32,000 nucleotides of DNA from Candidatus Electrothrix sp. GW3-4 (GTDB taxonomy: Bacteria > Desulfobacterota > Desulfobulbia > Desulfobulbales > Desulfobulbaceae), in NCBI RefSeq assembly GCF_037902255.1, contig NZ_CP147990.1:630001-662000 (forward strand), read 5' to 3'. This document shows, one piece after another, positions 8,632-15,982 of this stretch (within the stretch, counting starts at the first letter, position 1; every line of letters starts with the position of its first letter). The notes under the pieces are model-generated. The model saw only the letters and a list, made by a program, of their open reading frames with translations. It did not search any database and was not told the DNA's origin. The position numbers were made by a program, and so were the translations under genes.

Positions 8632-10472
8632 TGCGCAACTTTGGCTATTTCGAAGAGGGCAGTGTGGGTAAGGTCTCTGATCTTCGGATCTGGCAACGGA
8701 TTCTCGGCTATTGCCGTCCTTATAAGGCGGGTATTTTGGGGAGCATTATTTTATCGCTTCTCATTACCTTTTCTACCCTGGCCCTGCCACGCCTGATGCA
8801 GTTGGGCATTGACAGGTATATCGCTGTGACCGGTCAGGAAGCAGCTCTCCGCATTGCCGGGCTCACTCGACTCTCCCTCATGTACGGGGGGGCCGTGCTC
8901 CTTGCCTTTGGCGCTGGTTTTCTCCAGGTGGTGTTGCTGGAGTACATCGGTCAGGCGATTATGCATCGTCTGCGTAATAATCTGTACCAGCATCTCCTTG
9001 GGCTTGATCTGGCCTTTTTTCATCGCCACCCTGTGGGGCGGCTGGTCACCAGGCTGACGAATGATATCCAGAATATGCACGAGATGTTCACCTCGGTGAT
9101 GGTGACCCTTTTTAATGATATCCTTAAGCTCGTGGGGATTTTGGTGGTCTTGGCGCTCATTAATCTCCGCCTTGCTGCTGTGATGGGACTTTTTTTGCCC
9201 CTTGCCCTGGTCGTGACCCTGCTCTTTTCCCGCCTTGCCCGAGAGCAATTTCGGGCCGTGCGCAGTCAGCTGGCTGTGGTGAATTCCTTTCTCCAGGAAA
9301 ATATCTCTGCGGTGAACCTGATCCAGCTCTACGGAAGGGAGGGCGCGAGCAGGAAGCGCTTTAACCTGCTGAACCATGAGTTCATGCAGCGAACCCTGGC
9401 CCAGGTGCGTCTCTTTGCTTTTTTTATGCCCCTGAGCGAGTTTCTCTCCACTCTGGCCATGGTGGTCATCCTCTGGTACGGCGGCAGCGAGGTCCTGCAC
9501 CGTCAGTTGACCATCGGGGAACTGGTGGCCTTTTTTTCCTATATGCGCCTCTTCTTTCAGCCCATGCGTGAGCTTTCCCAGAAATATTCCATTGTCCAGT
9601 CGGCCCTGGCCTCGGCAGAACGGATTTTTCAGCTGCTTGATACGGGAGGAAATATTCATTCTCCTAAGGAGCCTGTCTGTATTGATGACATCAAAGGGGA
9701 AATTCGTTTTGAGGGCGTTGGTTTTTCTTATCAGGATGATGGGGCAGGGGAAAGAAATGGGGAAGAAGGAGAGCTGGCTGAACAGGATGTGCTTCGGGAT
9801 ATTGATCTGCATATCAGGGCCGGAGAAACCCTGGCCCTGGTCGGCGCCACCGGGGCAGGCAAGTCCACCCTGATCAGTCTCTTGGTCCGCTTTTACGATC
9901 CCAGTCAGGGACGGATCCTCCTTGATGGTCATGACCTGCGCAGCTTTGCTGTTTGCGATCTGCGCCGAAAGGTCGGGCTGGTGCTGCAGGAGGTCTTGAT
10001 AGAGCCGGATACTGTATTGGCGAACATCAGCCTGGAAACCGGCCTGGAGCGGATTGATGTTGAGTCAATATTGGCTTTAACCGGCCTGAGTGCTTTTGTT
10101 CTGGGTTTGCCCCAGGGACTGGATACCCGCATCGGGGAGGGCGGGCTTGATCTCTCTGCTGGGGAAAAACAGCTGCTGGCCTTTGCCCGTATCTTATGCC
10201 GCAAGCCAGCTGTGCTTATCCTGGATGAGGCTACTTCCTCGGTGGATACTGAGGTGGAAAATCTGTTGGAGCAGGCTATCGAGAAAAATTTTGCCGGGCA
10301 TACCTCTATTATCATTGCTCACCGCCTTTCCACGGTGCGGCGGGCAGATCGAATTGTGGTCATGGATCAGGGAAGGATTGTGGAGCAGGGGACACATGAG
10401 GAGCTGATGGCTCAGCAGGGGGGGTATGCGAATCTGATAGCCCTTGATTTACAGGGGGATAGGGGAGAGTGA
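8631..10472 (+). CDS. ABC exporter half-transporter (TMD-NBD), consensus-site subunit
   Basis: The ATG overlaps the upstream TGA by 1 nt (cTGATG). Walker A GATGAGKST, non-canonical signature LSAGEKQ, Walker B LILDEATS (Glu present) and H-loop IAHRL. Confidence 0.9.
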   Translation: MRNFGYFEEGSVGKVSDLRIWQRILGYCRPYKAGILGSIILSLLITFSTLALPRLMQLGIDRYIAVTGQEAALRIAGLTRLSLMYGGAVLLAFGAGFLQVVLLEYIGQAIMHRLRNNLYQHLLGLDLAFFHRHPVGRLVTRLTNDIQNMHEMFTSVMVTLFNDILKLVGILVVLALINLRLAAVMGLFLPLALVVTLLFSRLAREQFRAVRSQLAVVNSFLQENISAVNLIQLYGREGASRKRFNLLNHEFMQRTLAQVRLFAFFMPLSEFLSTLAMVVILWYGGSEVLHRQLTIGELVAFFSYMRLFFQPMRELSQKYSIVQSALASAERIFQLLDTGGNIHSPKEPVCIDDIKGEIRFEGVGFSYQDDGAGERNGEEGELAEQDVLRDIDLHIRAGETLALVGATGAGKSTLISLLVRFYDPSQGRILLDGHDLRSFAVCDLRRKVGLVLQEVLIEPDTVLANISLETGLERIDVESILALTGLSAFVLGLPQGLDTRIGEGGLDLSAGEKQLLAFARILCRKPAVLILDEATSSVDTEVENLLEQAIEKNFAGHTSIIIAHRLSTVRRADRIVVMDQGRIVEQGTHEELMAQQGGYANLIALDLQGDRGE

Positions 10473-10784
10473 TTTGGTGTGGAAATCCCGGTAACCGGGA
10501 ATGAGGCATACAGCATGCCCGACTTTACTGGTTCGGCGGTGAGCAGCTTGAGCATCACGGTAAATGAGTACGACGCCCTCTGGGAGATGATCCGCAATGA
10601 CTATAACGGCAGGCTGGTGGATATTCTGGATGTGGCGATGTAGTATCTCAGCGGGCAATCACCTTGTCATCAAGTAGAAAGCAGATAGCCCTGCCCTGAG
10701 GGGCGGGTATTAATAACTAAGGTTCCGATGAGACGCCGCAAGTAGCGGGGTGTCAGACCCGGAGTTTAGCAAAAAAAGGTTGGT

Positions 10785-11507
10785 ATGAAGAAGAGAACAC
10801 ATGTGCTGTCTATAATCTTGTGCCTTGGTGTCCTTCCCATAGCTTACGGGACAGGGCAAGCAGGATTTTATGTCATTCCCGTAGTTCGTGATTCTGCACC
10901 TGCAACCACATGTGCAAACGATGGTTATGAGGTGCTGTCAGACACAGGGCGATGTTGGATGGCCTTTAATTTGGGGGCAACACAGGTTGCTACAGCAATA
11001 GACGATGAAGCTGCATATGGAGATCTTTATCAGTGGGGACGCCCTGCGGATGGGCACCAACGGCGTGATAATCCGACGACAACAACTACGGACTTATCGA
11101 CAACAGACGCTCCGGGCTATAGAGATTTTATTACAGTAACGTCAGGGCCCTATTATGATTGGCGGTCACCAAGAAACGATTTTCTTTGGCAGGGCTTGAG
11201 CGGTATCAACAATCCTTGTCCCCAAGGGTTTCGGCTTCCCACCGATGCAGAGTGGCAGGCAGAGCTTGGCGAATATGGCACTAGTGCAGCAGCACTGTTC
11301 AACTCGCCCTTGAAACTTGTTGCAGCAGGTTCTCGCGGCAACGCCGCCGGTATACTCTACAACGCAGGCAGTGACGGCAACTACTGGAGCAGTACGATCA
11401 ACGGTGGTCACGCTGGTTTCTTGGACTTCGTGAGTGGTGGCAGCGACGCTTACCAGGGCTTCACCGTCCGTGCCTACGGCTTCTCTGTCCGTTGCATTAA
11501 GGATTAA
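10785..11507 (+). CDS. Secreted FISUMP-domain protein (Fibrobacter succinogenes major paralogous domain, TIGR02145-like)
   Basis: Signal peptide MKKRTHVLSIILCLGVLPIAYG, then CWMAFNLGA, YGDLYQWGR, CPQGFRLPTDAEWQAEL, GNYWSST and C-terminal GFSVRCIKD. Confidence 0.8.
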   Translation: MKKRTHVLSIILCLGVLPIAYGTGQAGFYVIPVVRDSAPATTCANDGYEVLSDTGRCWMAFNLGATQVATAIDDEAAYGDLYQWGRPADGHQRRDNPTTTTTDLSTTDAPGYRDFITVTSGPYYDWRSPRNDFLWQGLSGINNPCPQGFRLPTDAEWQAELGEYGTSAAALFNSPLKLVAAGSRGNAAGILYNAGSDGNYWSSTINGGHAGFLDFVSGGSDAYQGFTVRAYGFSVRCIKD

Positions 11508-11524
11508 CCCGGTTTCTTTTACCA

Positions 11525-11549
11525 TGCCCTCTGCTATATTCAGAGGGCA
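11525..11549. terminator. Perfect 9-bp hairpin between convergent genes (probable bidirectional terminator)
   Basis: TGCCCTCTG-ctatatt-CAGAGGGCA lies 18 nt after the FISUMP stop and 5 nt after the minus-strand ABC ATPase stop. There is no clear U tract on either side. Confidence 0.5.
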
Positions 11550-11553
11550 GTCT

Positions 11554-12330
11554 CTACTTTTCCTTCAGCGCCGCAATCACCTGCTGCATCTCCCAAGCCC
11601 CGGTCAGCTGGAGGAATATCTCTTCCAGGTCAATATCCTGCTCCTCCTTGCCCGCCTTTTTCCGAAGCTCCTCCATTGTCCCTATGATATGCAGGGTGCC
11701 ATTGGTGATGATGGCGATGCGATGACAGAGCTCCTCTGCGATCTCCAGGGAGTGGGTGGAAAGGAAGATTGTGCGTCCTTCCTCTGCCTTCTGCTTGAAG
11801 AGCTCCTTGACGATGCGGGCGGATTTGGGATCCAGGCCAACCATGGGCTCGTCAATGATCAGGAGGGGCTGGTCAAGCATGAACACCGAGGTCATGATCA
11901 GCTTCTGGCGCATCCCGTGTGAGTAGCTCTCAATGAGATGATCCTGCCATGGGCTGAGATCAAACATCTCAAGGTATTTCGGGGTTGCAGCGTTAAAGCG
12001 CTCTTCGGGGAGCTTATAGAGACTGGCCACAAACTTGAGATATTCCCCGCCAGTGAGCTTTTCAAAGAGCCAGGGCCGATCCGGGACATAGCCGGTATCC
12101 TGCTTGCAGACAAGGGGGTGCTCGGCTAAGGAATTGCCATTGATAGTGACTGTGCCGCTATCCGGTTGCAGCAGACCTGCCAGGATCTTAATGGTGGTGG
12201 TCTTGCCAGCCCCGTTCGGTCCCAGAAAGCCGAAGATCTCGCCAGTCTTGGCTTCAAGGCTGATTCCGTTGACCGCTGTGAAATCAGCAAAGGTCTTGCG
12301 CAGGTTGTTTATCTCAAGAATGGTTTGCAT
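11554..12330 (-). CDS. ABC transporter ATP-binding protein (ABC-2/DrrA-like), no adjacent permease
   Basis: FGFLGPNGAGKTTTIKIL (Walker A), SHGMRQKL (signature variant) and LLIIDEPMVGLD (Walker B). Confidence 0.9.
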   Translation of the reverse strand: MQTILEINNLRKTFADFTAVNGISLEAKTGEIFGFLGPNGAGKTTTIKILAGLLQPDSGTVTINGNSLAEHPLVCKQDTGYVPDRPWLFEKLTGGEYLKFVASLYKLPEERFNAATPKYLEMFDLSPWQDHLIESYSHGMRQKLIMTSVFMLDQPLLIIDEPMVGLDPKSARIVKELFKQKAEEGRTIFLSTHSLEIAEELCHRIAIITNGTLHIIGTMEELRKKAGKEEQDIDLEEIFLQLTGAWEMQQVIAALKEK

Positions 12331-12539
12331 GGGTTCAATCTTATTTAGAAAGAGAAGACGGATCTACTACGACATGCTTAATAAGTAGACTACTGCATTT
12401 CACAGCCTTATGAAAAGGAAAATAAGGACTCTCTGTTTTCATTGCCGAGAGGACAGGTTGTTTAGCAGGGGGGATGGTGACAGGAAGAAGAGAGAGGAGG
12501 TGGGATTCTGAAATATTAAGGTAAGACAAGCAGAGCCGA

Positions 12540-13520
12540 CTACTCTTTTTCCTCTTGAGCATAGGCCTGAATGATCTTCTGCACCAGAGGATGACGGACC
12601 ACGTCGCTGTGGTCAAATTGGCTGAAGCCAATGCCGTCAATCCCGTGAAGAAGTTTGCTTGCCTCAGACAGACCCGAGGCCTGCTTGCCAGGCAGGTCAA
12701 CCTGGGTGATGTCCCCGGTGATGACCGCCTTGGCATCAAAGCCGATGCGGGTCAGGAACATCTTCATCTGTTCGCTGGTGGTATTTTGTGCCTCGTCAAG
12801 GATGACAAAACCGTTATTCAGGGTCCTGCCGCGCATAAAGGCCAGTGGAGCAATCTCAATCACTCCCCGCTCGATGAGATCCGCAACCTTTTCGCTGCCC
12901 ATCATATCGTTCAAGGCATCGGTTAAGGGGCGAAGATACGGGTCAACCTTCTGGGCCATATCACCTGGCAGAAAACCGAGTTTTTCACCTGCCTCAACAG
13001 CAGGGCGGGTGAGGATAATGCGCTGGACCAGTTCCGAGGCCAGGGCAGAGACCGCCATTGCCACTGCCAGATAGGTCTTGCCGGTTCCCGCAGGCCCGAT
13101 GCCAAAAACAATATCGTTCTTGCGGATCGCCTCGATATAGTTTTTTTGGTGAACGCTTTTGGGAGAAATAACCCTTTTCTGGGCCGTGATACAGACCTTG
13201 TCGAGAAAGATCTCTGCCAAAGAGGCTGTTGGCGATGATTCCAGGATTTTGATACCAAAGACGATGTCCTGGCTAAAGACAGGATAGCCTTTACGTACAA
13301 GATCATAGAGCTGAGTGAGCAGGGAAGCCGCCAGATCCACAGCATGGCCCTTGCCTGTGATGTTCAGGGTGTTGCCCCGATCATAGATATGGACCCCGAC
13401 CGCCTGTTCAACGGTATTCAGGTTATGATTATGGACGCCGAACAGAACCTGAGCAACAGCAAAGTCGTCAAAGTCCAGGTTCTGTTCGCTCTCGCCGGTG
13501 AGTTTTTGAGAAGTACGCAA
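12540..13520 (-). CDS. phoH: PhoH-like ATPase (PhoH/YbeZ family)
   Basis: FGIGPAGTGKTYLAVAMAV, ILTRPAVEAGEKLGFLPGD, DPYLRPL, AYMRGRTLN, ILDEAQNTT and MKMFLTRIGF. It is collinear with E. coli YbeZ as I recall it. The start is a TTG (uncertain). Confidence 0.9.
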   Translation of the reverse strand: MRTSQKLTGESEQNLDFDDFAVAQVLFGVHNHNLNTVEQAVGVHIYDRGNTLNITGKGHAVDLAASLLTQLYDLVRKGYPVFSQDIVFGIKILESSPTASLAEIFLDKVCITAQKRVISPKSVHQKNYIEAIRKNDIVFGIGPAGTGKTYLAVAMAVSALASELVQRIILTRPAVEAGEKLGFLPGDMAQKVDPYLRPLTDALNDMMGSEKVADLIERGVIEIAPLAFMRGRTLNNGFVILDEAQNTTSEQMKMFLTRIGFDAKAVITGDITQVDLPGKQASGLSEASKLLHGIDGIGFSQFDHSDVVRHPLVQKIIQAYAQEEKE

Positions 13521-13540
13521 AGTTTGATGGGCTTATTCTA

Positions 13541-14401
13541 CTACTTCTTTGGGGCCAGTTCCTGATCAATCATCTCTTGGAGAACATTGGCTCCCCGGCC
13601 TTTGACCTGACGCCCATTGATAAACAGGGTGGGAGTCCCGCTGACGCCAGCCTTTCCGGCATCAATCATATCTTTTTTCAGCTTAGCCTGGATGGTCGGG
13701 TTGGCCAGATCTTTGTTGAATTTTTCTATATCCAGGCCCACATCCTTGGCAGCCTTCTCGATATTTTCTTTACTCAGCTTTTTCGCCGTAGCAAAAAGCG
13801 CATCATGCATCTGCCAGAATTTTCCCTGCTCATGGGCAGCGATAGCAGCCAGGGCAGCAGGCCGGGCCTGTTTATGCATCTGGAGCGGAAGATGTTTAAA
13901 AACGATTTTTACCTTATCCGGATTTTTTTTCAGGACCTCATCCAGGAGTGGCTGAATCTTGCTACAGAACGGACATTGGAAATCAGAGAAGACAACCAAG
14001 GTGACCGGTGCGTCCTCTTTGCCGAGAAACGGGGAGCCCGTGGTATCAATATCCTGGGCAAAGGAGATGTCCAGGGCGGTATAGTTCTTCTTACTGTCTA
14101 CCAGGAAGAGCATCTCACCACGCGGGGCAATGTCAATGCCAATAGTTTCCTGGGCAACCGGAACTGTCCCCTGCTCAACACCGTCAGTCGCAGAATAGAT
14201 ATGGACCTTACTGTCATCACCGAGAACAAAGACCAGCTTATTATCCAGAGACTGGGCAAAGTCAACCGGCTTGACGTTCATTTGCCAACTGGCTAGGGGG
14301 GAAGTAATTAGGGTGGCACTGGACTTTGCAGGCGCATCTTCAGCCAATACCTGGCTTGATGATAAGAGCAGCAGAGTGCATAAGGTTAACGTCTTTTTCA
14401 T
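13541..14401 (-). CDS. Secreted DsbA-family thiol:disulfide oxidoreductase with N-terminal ~85-aa module shared with the upstream gene
   Basis: Signal peptide MKKTLTLCTLLLLSSSQVLA. The thioredoxin-fold part has FSDFQCPFCSK (CxxC) and GTPTLFING. A strong SD (AAGGAG) precedes the ATG. The N-terminal module aligns with both repeats of ORF 14823-15443. Confidence 0.85.
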   Translation of the reverse strand: MKKTLTLCTLLLLSSSQVLAEDAPAKSSATLITSPLASWQMNVKPVDFAQSLDNKLVFVLGDDSKVHIYSATDGVEQGTVPVAQETIGIDIAPRGEMLFLVDSKKNYTALDISFAQDIDTTGSPFLGKEDAPVTLVVFSDFQCPFCSKIQPLLDEVLKKNPDKVKIVFKHLPLQMHKQARPAALAAIAAHEQGKFWQMHDALFATAKKLSKENIEKAAKDVGLDIEKFNKDLANPTIQAKLKKDMIDAGKAGVSGTPTLFINGRQVKGRGANVLQEMIDQELAPKK

Positions 14402-14448
14402 CTTTTCTCCTTTATGTTGGGTTGTTCAAGCAATCAGGATCAGTGCAT

Positions 14449-14512
14449 TCAGTCGTTTATTGCCTTTATTCTCCCTCTTTCTTGAACGAGAATAAAGGCA
14501 ATAACCGACTGA
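14449..14512. repeat. 25-bp inverted repeat (24/25 complementary) with 14-nt spacer, 48 nt upstream of the dsbA-like start
   Basis: Left arm TCAGTCGTTTATTGCCTTTATTCTC (14449-14473), loop 14474-14487, right arm GAGAATAAAGGCAATAACCGACTGA (14488-14512). There is no flanking T/A run on either strand. Confidence 0.85.
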
Positions 14513-14776
14513 TCGCTGCCGCCCGCAAGGTATTCAACAGCTGCGCAGGCTTCCGTCTGCGTTCAGTCGATAAGATGATTTTTCAACTTACCGCATCTGT
14601 TGGACAGTCATTGGGGGTAAATATACTCCCCGGTAACATATTATGCAAGAAAGGCACTTGCTTTTTCAGATGTTTTTCGTCATTTAATCAACGCTAGGAG
14701 AGCAGAGGATTTTTCCTGCTGGTAGCGAAGTGCTTATAAAATGCTTGTAACATCATCAATGGCTCCTCCATACTTA

Positions 14777-14803
14777 CGTAACCGTAACCGTAACCGTAAC
14801 CGT
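14777..14803. repeat. Hexanucleotide microsatellite (CGTAAC)x4.5
   Basis: cgtaac cgtaac cgtaac cgtaac cgt. On the minus strand it begins 19 nt after the stop (14823-14825) of ORF 14823-15443. Confidence 0.9.
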
Positions 14804-14822
14804 CATGGGAGAGCCTTGCCGC

Positions 14823-15443
14823 TTACCGTAATGGGAGTTGGATGGATTTGTAGGTTGCGTTTCGGTCAATAAGGCAGAGGGTTCTTTTTCGGGAAGGAAT
14901 GGTAATGGCAAGTGTGCCTGGGGCAACCGGCAATACTTTTTTTCTTTCTCCGGTGATGGAGTAAATATGCACTTGATTATCGCTTTCCAGGATAAAGGTA
15001 TATTTTTTATCAAAGGATTGTGCAATATCAAGAGGTTGGAATTCTGTTTTCCAGGTGTGTTTCACTGCCCAGTCCGCAATGGTGTCGTCTTTCTTCCTGT
15101 ACACGATTTCTATGGCAGTGTAGGTCCTGTCACTCCCGATGAGGTAGAGCATCCCGCCTCGCGGGGCAATGTCAATGGCAACGGTACTTGGAGAGACGTT
15201 GATAATACCCAATCGCTTGCCATTATAGGTGTTTGCATAGACACGCACCTTGTTGTCCTCTTCCAGGATAAATATTTTCTTTTTGTCAAAAGAGACGGCA
15301 AAGTCACGAGGAGCCGACGTGAGTGCCCATGTCTTTTTCTTTGACCAATCAATAATCTTGCTGACATTTTCTCCATGCGCAGCTGTTGCCAGTAGAGAGA
15401 AAAACAGGAGCAGGAGCAGGTAGCGCGCGAGTTTCTTTTTCAT
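14823..15443 (-). CDS. Secreted protein made of two tandem copies of the ~85-aa module also found at the N-terminus of the DsbA-like protein
   Basis: Signal peptide MKKKLARYLLLLLFFSLLATAAHG. Repeat 1 is IIDWSKKKTWALTSAPRDFAVSFDKKKIFILEEDNKVRVY...AIDIAPRGGMLYLIGSDRTYTAIEI. Repeat 2 is IADWAVKHTWKTEFQPLDIAQSFDKKYTFILESDNQVHIY...AITIPSRKRTLCLIDRNATYKSIQL. Confidence 0.75.
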   Translation of the reverse strand: MKKKLARYLLLLLFFSLLATAAHGENVSKIIDWSKKKTWALTSAPRDFAVSFDKKKIFILEEDNKVRVYANTYNGKRLGIINVSPSTVAIDIAPRGGMLYLIGSDRTYTAIEIVYRKKDDTIADWAVKHTWKTEFQPLDIAQSFDKKYTFILESDNQVHIYSITGERKKVLPVAPGTLAITIPSRKRTLCLIDRNATYKSIQLPLR

Positions 15444-15714
15444 TTTCGTTCTGAAGGAAAATGCCGTTGTTCGATAGTTGGGGATTTTTACACCAACTGC
15501 CAGTAAGAGAAGTAAAAATAAAAAGTTCGAAAATGATTATACACCTCTTCGTGGTATTGCGTCAAGATAAGCAAAGAGCTTTTGTTGGCAATGGTTGTCT
15601 GAGGAGCTTTTTTATGGGAATACAGGGAATGCTGGTTATAATCGATATTGCCTTTTGTACGCCTCAAGAACGCTTAATGAATACGCGTCACTGTCCTTTT
15701 TGCGCAACCCTCCC

Positions 15715-15743
15715 TTGACGAAGCGCGTTGCATTGATTATTAC
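15715..15743 (+). promoter_or_regulatory. Putative sigma70 promoter for tRNA-Leu
   Basis: TTGACG (15715-15720), a 17-nt spacer, then TATTAC (15738-15743). The mature tRNA 5' end is 17 nt downstream. Confidence 0.4.
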
Positions 15744-15759
15744 TATAGACTTGATGCGT

Positions 15760-15845
15760 GCGAGAGTGGCGGAACTGGTAGACGCACTGGATTTAGGATC
15801 CAGCGCACTACGTGCGTGGGGGTTCGACTCCCCCCTTTCGCACCA
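15760..15845 (+). tRNA. tRNA-Leu (anticodon UAG), type II with long variable arm, CCA encoded
   Basis: Cloverleaf drawn by hand. Acceptor GCGAGAG/CTTTCGC, anticodon stem CTGGA/TCCAG with loop TTTAGGA, variable arm GCAC-tac-GTGC, T arm GGGGG-TTCGACT-CCCCC, then ACCA. Confidence 0.95.
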
Positions 15846-15982
15846 TTTTTTTTATTATGCAGAGCTGAGTATTAATGAATAAAAGCAATGGCAAGAGAGC
15901 TGTGGAGATGTTCAGAGGCTCCTGGCCAGGATTGAATAAATCTGCCCAATGCAGGCAAAAAGGATAAAAGGAACTTGAGTCG

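Noticed and set aside
14774-15031. 85-aa minus-strand ORF ending in VTVTVTVT, translated from the hexamer repeat
   Set aside because: It overlaps the better-supported 206-aa gene in another frame, and the repeat-encoded tail is an artefact of the microsatellite.
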